A DNA stretch of 54,861 nucleotides from Anaerolineae bacterium. GTDB taxonomy: Bacteria; Chloroflexota; Anaerolineae; CG2-30-64-16. The notes under the pieces are model-generated. The model was given only the letters and a program-made list of their open reading frames with translations, was not told the DNA's origin and ran no database searches. Made by a program: the position numbers and the translations under genes. Below are positions 17,067-24,919 of the stretch, one piece after another. The DNA is taken from positions 1 to 54,861 of the forward strand of contig JAPKMS010000112.1 of the NCBI GenBank assembly GCA_026645775.1, written 5' to 3'. Position 1 is the first letter of the stretch. Each line of letters opens with the position of its first letter.

Positions 17067-17192
17067 TCCGTTCCGCAAAGATGCTTCTTCATCGAGTACT
17101 TCAACCGCACCACGGCCACGCCCTTCAAGTGGACCCACAAGGCAGGGCCCTGGGAGCTTAATCCAAGGGTGAATTCAGCCGAGCTGTACTAG
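17067..17192 (+). pseudogene. IS630-family transposase C-terminal remnant
   Basis: Frame 3 reads ...CFFIEYFNRTTATPFKWTHKAGPWELNP...*. The FI.YFN....PFKWT block is the typical C-terminal end of IS630/Tc1-like transposases. Only ~40 codons remain and there is no upstream ORF. Confidence 0.5.
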
Positions 17193-18628
17193 TCGCCACT
17201 GCTGTGCGGCTGGCTCGGCTCCAACAGGTAACCTTGACCATATTTCCGCACAATGGAGTAGGGCGCCTGGGCTTTGCTCAGCTTAGTGCGGAGTCCCATC
17301 GCGGCGATCTCGAGGGCGTGTTTCGCCCCGCCTGCCTCTTTCGCTTTCCAGATGGCGCGCTCCAATTCGGCGTCTGGCACGAGCTGGCCGAGCTGCTGGT
17401 ACAGCGCCAGGAACAATTGTGCGCTCTTGGTGCGAGGTCCCAGATCCATCTCGGCCAGCAGACTGTGCGGCGCGGCCAGCACAGCCTGGGAGGCGGCCGG
17501 CGTCGGGATCAACTCAGCCGCGCGGCGGTTGACGAAAGCCGCAAACAAGGGCGAGAAGAACTCCAAACGGTCCGGCACGGCCGGATCTTCCGCTATGATC
17601 GCCTCATCCTGCAGCGTACGGGCGAACGCGCGGCCGGCGACCTGGCTCCAGTCGGTGTGCGGATCGCGATACACCCGCAGGAACTCGCGCAGATCGCCCT
17701 CCCAGTGATTCCAGAGATACTGGAAGATGACCTCCAAGGCGCTATTCACCGTCTGCCAGATGAAGTTTCGGGTCAGCGGTTGGACGCGGGTGGCGCGCAG
17801 GTGGTCGTAGGCGGTGGCCGCCGCGCGCATCAGCACATACGGGTGCCGGCCAACGAGTTCGAGCAGCAATAGCTGGTCGCTCCGGCTGAATTGGAGCTCG
17901 GCATCCGGTGCAACCAGTGCCTCTGCCGCGGTCTCGGGTTCCAACAACCGCACGTCCAGGCGCTCCAGCCGATACAGCAGCGGCGACCCGGCCAGATCGG
18001 GGAAGATGTCGACAAGCGGCCTCCGCGTGGCCAATACCAGCGATGCATACCCGGTCAATTCCGTCAGGTATTGGGTGGACTCGGTATCTGCCAGCAGGTG
18101 GGCTTCGTCCACATGATCCAGGCCGAGGATCAGCCGCAGGCCGTGCGCTTGCGTCGCCCGGGCCAGCGCGCTGAGACGTGCGCGCGTGCCGACCCGATCG
18201 AGCTGGGCCGCAGTCTTATCCAACTGAATTTCGTGGGCCAGGACGCGCAAGTCAAAATCGGACCGGCGTTCGAGCGCAGTCAGGACCGCCTCAGTCAGGT
18301 CGATGAAGGGATTGTCGGGCGACGCGCCCGCCAGGTCCTGGTAGATCGGTACCAGGCAGCTCGGGGCCAGGCCTGGCCCGATTGCGGCGCTGAATGGGGC
18401 GCGCTGCAGGCACCCTCCCGCCGTGCCCAGGTCCCGCAGGAGGGTGGTCTTGCCGATCCGCCGCGGGCCGACCAGGTTCAGGCTGGCCGGATCGCCCCCG
18501 GTGAGACGGCGGGTCATAGTCGTGAGGAGCTCCTGGCGCCCATACGCGCGTGGCGGCACGCAGCCGGGCCGCGGGGTGAAGGGGTTTTGCCAGTGACCGG
18601 TTTCGCGCGTTGACGTAACGTCAGGCAT
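17189..18628 (-). CDS. STAND/AAA-type P-loop ATPase with a C-terminal OmpR/PhoB-type winged-helix DNA-binding domain
   Basis: Start at MPDVTST, whose ATG overlaps the upstream gene's stop by 8 nt. Walker A GPRRIGKTTLL, Walker B-like LRLILGLDHVDE. C-terminal LFLALYQQLGQLVPDAELERAIW...LEIAAMGLRTKL...IVRKYGQGYLL matches the Trans_reg_C pattern. Confidence 0.75.
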   Translation of the reverse strand: MPDVTSTRETGHWQNPFTPRPGCVPPRAYGRQELLTTMTRRLTGGDPASLNLVGPRRIGKTTLLRDLGTAGGCLQRAPFSAAIGPGLAPSCLVPIYQDLAGASPDNPFIDLTEAVLTALERRSDFDLRVLAHEIQLDKTAAQLDRVGTRARLSALARATQAHGLRLILGLDHVDEAHLLADTESTQYLTELTGYASLVLATRRPLVDIFPDLAGSPLLYRLERLDVRLLEPETAAEALVAPDAELQFSRSDQLLLLELVGRHPYVLMRAAATAYDHLRATRVQPLTRNFIWQTVNSALEVIFQYLWNHWEGDLREFLRVYRDPHTDWSQVAGRAFARTLQDEAIIAEDPAVPDRLEFFSPLFAAFVNRRAAELIPTPAASQAVLAAPHSLLAEMDLGPRTKSAQLFLALYQQLGQLVPDAELERAIWKAKEAGGAKHALEIAAMGLRTKLSKAQAPYSIVRKYGQGYLLEPSQPHSSGD

Positions 18629-21600
18629 GTGTAAAGTCCTCTCCTGTGATTCGAGCCGGTTGATACGCAGCGGCCCAGGCCGCGAAAAGCGGGATCTGCA
18701 CCCGGAACTCCGGTGTGCCGGCAACGGTCACGCCGGCAGCCAGCACATCGAGCCGCACCAGGGCCGCCAAGAGCTCACGCGCGGCGTCCGCGTCCCGTTG
18801 GCCGGGCGGTAGGAGCGCCGGCTCGGGCGACCATGCGTCAGTGCGGGCTGATCCCAGTCGGTGCAAGAGCCGGCAGGCGCCGGCCGTGACCGGCGCGCCG
18901 GTCATGTGTCTGAAATAGAGATCGGCGTGGCGATCCGTGGCAATGCTGAGTTTGGCTGCCTGTTCGGCATCGGGCAGCTCAAACACGCGGTGATCCGTGC
19001 GCTTGAGCTGTTCGACCGCCTGATAGCCGACCACTTTGAGCAGGTAGGGGTTCCGCGCCGTCACCGTCACGACGTACTCCAAGGCTTCGGCGCGCCAGCT
19101 CAGGCCCACCGCCTCGGCCTCCGTGGCCAACAGGGCCTGCGCCGCCGTCGAATCCAGGGGGCCCAATCGCAGCAGTTGGGCGATCTCCAACAGCCCGGCG
19201 CCGCGGCTGGTGAGGGAATGCATGCTTGTGAGCGCGGCCGCCTGCACCACAAGCACAAACGCCACATCCAGCTCTCCGCCCATCAGGTAGCGCAGGTTGT
19301 CGAAGATGCGCGGATCGAGCCGGCCTTGCCGCACCTGGTCGTCGAGCGAGCTGAACTCGTCCATGAGCACGACCAGCCGGATGTCGCGCCGGCTGGTCAG
19401 GGCCGCGGCCGTGCGTCGACAAAACTGGGCGAACACGCCGACCGGATCCTCTGCCAATTGCTGCCGCTCCTGCGTTGTGAGGTAAGTCAGCCCTCCGCCC
19501 AAGAGATCGGGGATCTGGCTGAGGCGTTCGGAGCTGGCTCGGATCACCTCGCCGAGCAGACCGGCCAGGCCCGGGCCGCGGTCCGGCTGGCAATCCACGT
19601 ACACGCCCACCCAGGTATCGCCGATCCCGCTCCGCTCAAGATGTCTGAGGAGTGATGTCTTGCCGATGCGCCATGGTCCATACACCACCAAGGGCCCCAC
19701 CGGCTCGGGTCGCGCAATAAAGGCCTTAACCGCATCCAACTCCTCCGCGCGGCCGAGAAAGTCTCCCAGGCGATAGGCTGGCTGGTTGAAGCGATAGGGG
19801 TGCGCGGCGGCCAGATGCCGCCGCAGCTCACGCGCCTCTTGTGGCGTCATGGCCAACGGCCGTGTTGCGACCTCTTGAATGCCCGGCACGGCCTTGATGG
19901 CAGCGACCAGGGCGCTGGCGTCGTCACCGCCCCGCACCTCAGCCAGGACCTGGATGTGCGCCGCGTCGTCAACCAGGCGCTCGGCCAGCACTCGGTGCAG
20001 GGCGTGGCCTTGGGCGTGGAATGGCTCCAGCACCTCGGTCAAGAGGCGCTTGCGATCCGCGCCCAGCACGAGAAATTCGTACTGGCTCTCGTCTGCAGGC
20101 GGGCGCCAGGTCAACTCGGTCGTCCGTGCATCGTGCGGCAACCAGCGGCAGTCGGTCGCGTGGAGAGTGATCCGTTCATGCGGCGTGTTGGGCTGGTAGA
20201 AGTGGCCGGCGATCTCCGTGTCCACCGCGGGCTTGCAGCATTGGGCCACGCGCACGCGCTCAGCGCGCAGGCCCAGGGGCCGGCCGTCGGGATAACCGAC
20301 ACGCTGCGCGACCTCCTGCGTCGCGATGCGGAGCGCCACAGCCTCCGGTGCGGGCCGGCCGCCGGCGACCTGTTGATACAGGGCCTCGCTGTCACCGCAC
20401 TGGTACCAGTGTGCAGCCTCATCGAAGTAGGCGCTGAGGCGCACCTTGCTCAACGTGATCCCCAAGCGTTTGCACTGCTGTTCAACGGCCTGCTCCAAGA
20501 GCAGCTTGCCGCGGTCGGCGCCCTGCTCGCGGTAGGCCAGCGCCTTCTGGATACGGGCGGTCGCCGCCGGGGTCTGCACGGTCTGCAGCCACTCCCGCCG
20601 CAGGCGGGACGGCAACCGCGGGTCAAACCGGATGTTGATGATATCGGCGTTGGCCAGGTGAAAATCGACCGGCACCTCCACACCGTTGACCTGGGCGCCG
20701 GCATAGAATTGTCCCTGCTCCGAATGCAGTTGAAACGCAAAGTCGACTGGTGTGCTCTGGCTGGGCAGGGTGTGCAACTCGCCCAGCGGCGTGAAAACGT
20801 AGGTCGGCTGGGCATACGCACCCGGTTCTGCAGTGCGTAGGATGCTCAGCTCGCGCTCTGTGCGATGCCACCAGGCTTGCCGGAGCTGTTCTGGGGCTGC
20901 TGATCCCTGTTCCCATTCCGCCGCGCGGCCGCGGCGATTGCTCTGCTGTGCGGCCTCCGTGCAGATGAAGCAGTCGACCGTTGGCCGTTCACCGCGCGTG
21001 GTTTCGATGGCCACGGTCGTGTGGATCATGCGATAGGCATTGAATTTGGGTGCGCCGAGATAGTCGCGCAAGGTGCCTGTTACGTGCCGCCCCAGGCGGT
21101 GCAGGCAGCCCAGAATCAGGTAACAGGTGGCCTCATCGGCCGCAGTTACGTCGACCGCGATCCGGCCGGCCAGCGCGCGGGCAGCCTGATCGCGGTCGAG
21201 ATCCGGCCCCAGGTGCGGATAGGCGCCGCTCTGCTCGAAGACTCGCGCCGCGCGCACCGGGCGGATGGTCACTGTTACCGCGGCGCCGTGAGCGGGGAGG
21301 TTGGCGCGCAGGGTGGCCTCAACCAACCCCAGAATCTCCTCGCGCCGCGCGTCGTGCTGTCGGATCCAACCGGCAATCTGTTCGGCGCGGGCCGGCTCCA
21401 GCAGACGGAGCAGCGCCTCGGCTGCTTGGCGCTGCTCATCCCCCATCCCAAAGCGCTCCAGCATTGGTAGGCAAGCCACGCGCAGGTGTTCGGCCTGGGT
21501 CAGTTTGTCTGCCGACTGCTGTTCGCCCAGGTCTTCGAGTTGCGCCAGCATGTGTCCAAGGGCCACGAAGGTGACCGGCTCATCCGTGAATGAGGCGATG

Positions 21601-21968
21601 AATAGTTTTTGCAAATGCTGAAAAGCCGGGCGCGCCAATTCAGGCCGGCCGCGCGGCTGCGGGTATAGGGTCCGGTTGAGGCTGTGGAACCGGTGCACCA
21701 GGTCCGCCACCCTCGGTGTTACCCGGGCTGTGGATAGGGCATCAGTGGCCGGATCGGCGCTGGTGGGCAGCGCGACCAAGCGGGCCGCGGCCTGCCATTC
21801 CGCTGGACAATGCCAGGCCGCCAGCCGGTCGGCGGCCCGCGCCGCTATCTGGATGGTGCGCTGGGTCGCGCCATCCAGCGGGACGCCGGCTTCGGCAACC
21901 AGGCGCTCGGCAGCGGCCAGCACTTCGGCAGCCGATTGTGCGGTGTCCGGGTATTGTTCAGGGTGCAT
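18621..21968 (-). CDS. Long RelA/SpoT homologue (pseudo-HD, degenerate synthetase, TGS, Zn-finger/CC, ACT/RRM) fused to a C-terminal STAND-type ATPase
   Basis: Synthetase-like DYLGAPKFNAYRMIHTTV...VDCFICT...RAAEW. TGS YVFTPLGELHTLPSQSTPVDFAFQLHSEQG..GAQVNGVEVPVDF. AQCCKPAVDTEIAGH...ITLHATDC is the CC domain. An ACT-like block follows, then Walker A GPWRIGKTSLL and Walker B LVVLMDEFS. Start at MHPEQ, with GAGGAG 8 nt upstream. Confidence 0.75.
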   Translation of the reverse strand: MHPEQYPDTAQSAAEVLAAAERLVAEAGVPLDGATQRTIQIAARAADRLAAWHCPAEWQAAARLVALPTSADPATDALSTARVTPRVADLVHRFHSLNRTLYPQPRGRPELARPAFQHLQKLFIASFTDEPVTFVALGHMLAQLEDLGEQQSADKLTQAEHLRVACLPMLERFGMGDEQRQAAEALLRLLEPARAEQIAGWIRQHDARREEILGLVEATLRANLPAHGAAVTVTIRPVRAARVFEQSGAYPHLGPDLDRDQAARALAGRIAVDVTAADEATCYLILGCLHRLGRHVTGTLRDYLGAPKFNAYRMIHTTVAIETTRGERPTVDCFICTEAAQQSNRRGRAAEWEQGSAAPEQLRQAWWHRTERELSILRTAEPGAYAQPTYVFTPLGELHTLPSQSTPVDFAFQLHSEQGQFYAGAQVNGVEVPVDFHLANADIINIRFDPRLPSRLRREWLQTVQTPAATARIQKALAYREQGADRGKLLLEQAVEQQCKRLGITLSKVRLSAYFDEAAHWYQCGDSEALYQQVAGGRPAPEAVALRIATQEVAQRVGYPDGRPLGLRAERVRVAQCCKPAVDTEIAGHFYQPNTPHERITLHATDCRWLPHDARTTELTWRPPADESQYEFLVLGADRKRLLTEVLEPFHAQGHALHRVLAERLVDDAAHIQVLAEVRGGDDASALVAAIKAVPGIQEVATRPLAMTPQEARELRRHLAAAHPYRFNQPAYRLGDFLGRAEELDAVKAFIARPEPVGPLVVYGPWRIGKTSLLRHLERSGIGDTWVGVYVDCQPDRGPGLAGLLGEVIRASSERLSQIPDLLGGGLTYLTTQERQQLAEDPVGVFAQFCRRTAAALTSRRDIRLVVLMDEFSSLDDQVRQGRLDPRIFDNLRYLMGGELDVAFVLVVQAAALTSMHSLTSRGAGLLEIAQLLRLGPLDSTAAQALLATEAEAVGLSWRAEALEYVVTVTARNPYLLKVVGYQAVEQLKRTDHRVFELPDAEQAAKLSIATDRHADLYFRHMTGAPVTAGACRLLHRLGSARTDAWSPEPALLPPGQRDADAARELLAALVRLDVLAAGVTVAGTPEFRVQIPLFAAWAAAYQPARITGEDFTHA

Positions 21969-21999
21969 GGCCCGGCTCCTCGGGTGGCTTTTGACTCCT

Positions 22000-22049
22000 A
22001 TCATACCCGATTGGTTGCGCGGGGGCAAATCGCGCACAAGACTCTTGTG
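22000..22049 (-). promoter_or_regulatory. Candidate promoter plus perfect 7-1-7 palindrome upstream of the RSH-STAND operon
   Basis: On the minus strand: TTGCCC (22023-22028), 17 nt, TATGAT (22000-22005). Palindrome CACAAGA-C-TCTTGTG at 22035-22049 lies just upstream of the -35. Confidence 0.35.
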
Positions 22050-22151
22050 ACTTGGGAGGGTTTTTATGTATAAAAAGAGAAAAGTTTATCTAAAATTTAA
22101 TAAATCAAGAAATAAAACTCTTGATATTTGAGAGAATTTGCGCGAAAATGA

Positions 22152-22182
22152 ACATATTCCGCCCATGCCGTAGGCGGAATAT
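22152..22182 (+). promoter_or_regulatory. 11-bp perfect stem-loop in the 5' region of the Nudix-like gene
   Basis: CATATTCCGCC, 9-nt loop, GGCGGAATATG. It sits inside a strikingly AT-rich spacer (about 22055-22150). Confidence 0.35.
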
Positions 22183-22223
22183 GGAGTCAGCATCAGGTAC
22201 AGGTGCCCCATCCGGAGGACTAT

Positions 22224-22904
22224 ATGAATACAATGTCCACTCTCGCCAGTCTCTCACCCATCGTCTCGTCAGCAGTCTTTCACGGCGCAGGTTCATTGGT
22301 TCCCCGCGATGGCCGCTTTCTATGCGGCATCCGTCCGCTGCGTCGGGAACACGACGATCTGATCGCCCAGGTGACAGCCATCGGCGGCGGTCTGGAGGCG
22401 TACGACGCCTCGTTCATGGCCGGCGCGTTGCGTGAAAGCCTTGAGGAAATAAACTGTCCGCTTTGCTTTCAGTCCTGCGCCGAGACCCTGTTTGTTCATG
22501 GCCCTGCGCAGGTGCAGTGGCAGCGGCTGGCGGACCCGATGGGGCCCGCCGCCGTTGTTTTTCGGCACTGGCACACCCCTCCGCGGCGGCCCTGGCACGT
22601 GCCGCACGATGGTTGGCAGTGCCTGGTGCTCTATCAGGCGGCGCTGGCGGGCACGCCCTGCCCTTCGCAAGAGCTGCCTGGGCTGATCTGGCTTTGGCCG
22701 GCACAGATCGTCGCCCTTGCTCATGTCGACGTGCCCTTGCAGACGCTGCTGGATCAGGGCGCGCTGCTCCTCGAAGATCCTCAGCTCCCCCTGGCGCGCA
22801 ACGCCTGCGCCCGGTTAACTGATTCGCAGGAAGCGTTAGTGTTGGGTCTGGGGTCTAAGGCGCTGGCTTTTTATACGTCGTTGGCGGCCGGCCGTCTTGC
22901 GTGA
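22224..22904 (+). CDS. Hypothetical protein with a degenerate Nudix-box-like segment
   Basis: IGGGLEAYDASFMAGALRESLEEINC resembles Gx5Ex7REUxEExGU, but only the RExxEE core is retained. GGAGGA lies 5 nt upstream of ATG 22224. Confidence 0.4.
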   Translation: MNTMSTLASLSPIVSSAVFHGAGSLVPRDGRFLCGIRPLRREHDDLIAQVTAIGGGLEAYDASFMAGALRESLEEINCPLCFQSCAETLFVHGPAQVQWQRLADPMGPAAVVFRHWHTPPRRPWHVPHDGWQCLVLYQAALAGTPCPSQELPGLIWLWPAQIVALAHVDVPLQTLLDQGALLLEDPQLPLARNACARLTDSQEALVLGLGSKALAFYTSLAAGRLA

Positions 22905-23022
22905 GTCAGGTCGCCGCACTGCCGGCCCCTTTCAACTGTTGGGGCTTCAACGGCGTGGTAGCCCCAACTCGCCTTGGTCACGCCGCGGCCGCTCTTCCTT
23001 CAACCACCCTACAACCGCCCCT

Positions 23023-23820
23023 TCAGGGCCGTGGGGCTGTCGGCGTCGCACCGGGCGTCAACCGCGGGAGACTTTTCGCCATCGGTACGTCCGGCGCATT
23101 GCTGACCAACTCCCCTGCGATCCATGCCCCGCCCGCCAGTTGATACCAGTCGCTGGTGGCATCGCGTGCCACGATCTGCAATGCCTGACCGGCCGGCACG
23201 CCGCCGACCCGCGGATAGGCTGTGCCCGGCCCGGCCCGCAAATTGGCGGCTTGCGCCGCGCGGGCCACCGTGTCCCAGAGCCCGCGCCGGGCAGACTCGG
23301 CGTCCCGCTGTTGAGCCGCCAGGAGCGCCTCGTAGCGGATGTCCGGCGGATAGGCCGCTGCGCGTGCGTAGCCCTGCTGTACCAACGCCGCGTTCACCAT
23401 CACATCGTCGACCCAAACGTAACGTAACAGCCGGCCGTAACGATCGGTCTCCGACACATCCCGCTCCAACCGTACCTTCCGGCCGCTGACCAGGATGCTG
23501 TTTTGCTCGCGCGCCGTGGCGCCTTCGGTAGTGCCCAGCTCCGCGGCATCGATCCCGATGTAACGCACCGAGATCGTCTGGCCCGCCAGCGCGACTTTGA
23601 TCGTGTCGCCATCCACGACGCGGACGACCTGCGCCTCGGTGAACCGCGCGTCGGTCGGCGTGACCACCTGAGCCGGCGGCGGCAGCGCTTTGCCGCGCAC
23701 CAGCACCAGCGCCACCGCGCAAATACCTAGCAGCAGGGCTGCGATCACTGCGCTGACCCATACCGATGCATCGAGCGACCGGCGCCAGCGGCGCCACCGA
23801 CGCTTAAAGTTCAATGGCAT
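23023..23820 (-). CDS. Membrane-anchored/secreted thermonuclease (SNase) with a C-terminal SH3b domain
   Basis: N-terminal TM helix. VVDGDTIKV...[10 protein letters not shown]...[11 protein letters not shown]...[10 protein letters not shown] is the staphylococcal nuclease fold. [37 protein letters not shown] is SH3b-like. Confidence 0.85.
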   Translation of the reverse strand: MPLNFKRRWRRWRRSLDASVWVSAVIAALLLGICAVALVLVRGKALPPPAQVVTPTDARFTEAQVVRVVDGDTIKVALAGQTISVRYIGIDAAELGTTEGATAREQNSILVSGRKVRLERDVSETDRYGRLLRYVWVDDVMVNAALVQQGYARAAAYPPDIRYEALLAAQQRDAESARRGLWDTVARAAQAANLRAGPGTAYPRVGGVPAGQALQIVARDATSDWYQLAGGAWIAGELVSNAPDVPMAKSLPRLTPGATPTAPRP

Positions 23821-23970
23821 TTTTCTTCTTCTGTCATCAAGGGAGTACGATTCGGATGGATACGCAGCACCTCAGTCGCCGTGCTTCGGGGCGTTTTTCG
23901 TATCAAACGGCCGCCGACCGAGCTGTATTCTCCGGCAATGCGCGGTCGGCGGAACGGGCGTTTCGGGGAT

Positions 23971-24819
23971 TCACGGTGTTGTATTGAGTTCGAACCGGAT
24001 CGTCTCCTGCCAAGGCTGCTCGGGGCCGGCGAGGATGGTGTATTGGCCGATGCTCAGGAACAGGAAGCGGTTCGGATGCTGCGCGTCCGCCTGGAAGTAG
24101 CCGATGCCACCGACCACCGTGTAGGGCTGCGGGCAGGTCCGCCAACGCGGCAGAACCGCCGCATCATCCTCGCCCGGGGCCCGGCGCACGCTGATCGCGG
24201 CGTACTGATAGTCGGACGCCTGGCTGCCGGCGCTGTGGCGATCTGTCGTGTCGCGCACCAGACAATCCTGGCTGGGGTAGCCGGGCATGATCACGCGCCC
24301 GATGGCCGCCACGAGGCTTTCGTCGGCCAGCTTAGGGAACACTTGCACCCACTGACCGGCGGTCGGCGCCATGTGGACGGGATAGACGTAGATCTTGTCG
24401 CCTTGTTCGAGCACCTTGATGGTTTGCCCATCCTGCTCGGGCAGGTAGCTGAAGCTGATGCCCAGGGCTGCGGAGGTGTAGGTTTTCGTCTCGGGCGACG
24501 GGGTCGCGGTGGCGACGGCGTCCGGTGCGGGCGCGGTCTTGCTGGCGGTTCGGCTGGCCGGACCACACTCGCCCCGGTAGAAGGCCCACTCATCGCACTC
24601 GCTGCCATCCGGGAAGTGGCAGATGCCCGACTGGTTGCCCGCCGCATCGGTGCGCAGCTCGAGCGTGAAGCCCTGCTCCTTGCAGAACACCGAAGCAGGA
24701 TTGGGAAGCCCGGCCGCAGGGACGGGCGTTGCGCTGGCAGGCGGCGCTTCACTCAAGGGGGTGCAGCTCGCAGCAAGCAGGACGACCAGGACTAAGCCGA
24801 GGCTGGAATGTCGGTTCAT
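23971..24819 (-). CDS. Lipoprotein with an N-terminal DUF333 (COG3042) domain
   Basis: Lipobox LLAASC. NPASVFCKEQGFTLELRTDAAGNQSGICHFPDGSECDEWAFYRGEC is the DUF333 Cys pattern. Confidence 0.7.
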   Translation of the reverse strand: MNRHSSLGLVLVVLLAASCTPLSEAPPASATPVPAAGLPNPASVFCKEQGFTLELRTDAAGNQSGICHFPDGSECDEWAFYRGECGPASRTASKTAPAPDAVATATPSPETKTYTSAALGISFSYLPEQDGQTIKVLEQGDKIYVYPVHMAPTAGQWVQVFPKLADESLVAAIGRVIMPGYPSQDCLVRDTTDRHSAGSQASDYQYAAISVRRAPGEDDAAVLPRWRTCPQPYTVVGGIGYFQADAQHPNRFLFLSIGQYTILAGPEQPWQETIRFELNTTP

Positions 24820-24919
24820 ATCCCCTCCAAACTATTCAAGAGGATACCCGCCGAGCTCCCCAGCGTCATCGGCCAACTGGGTAGTTCGGGGATTGGATCA
24901 GTGGGCGATGTTGAACGAT

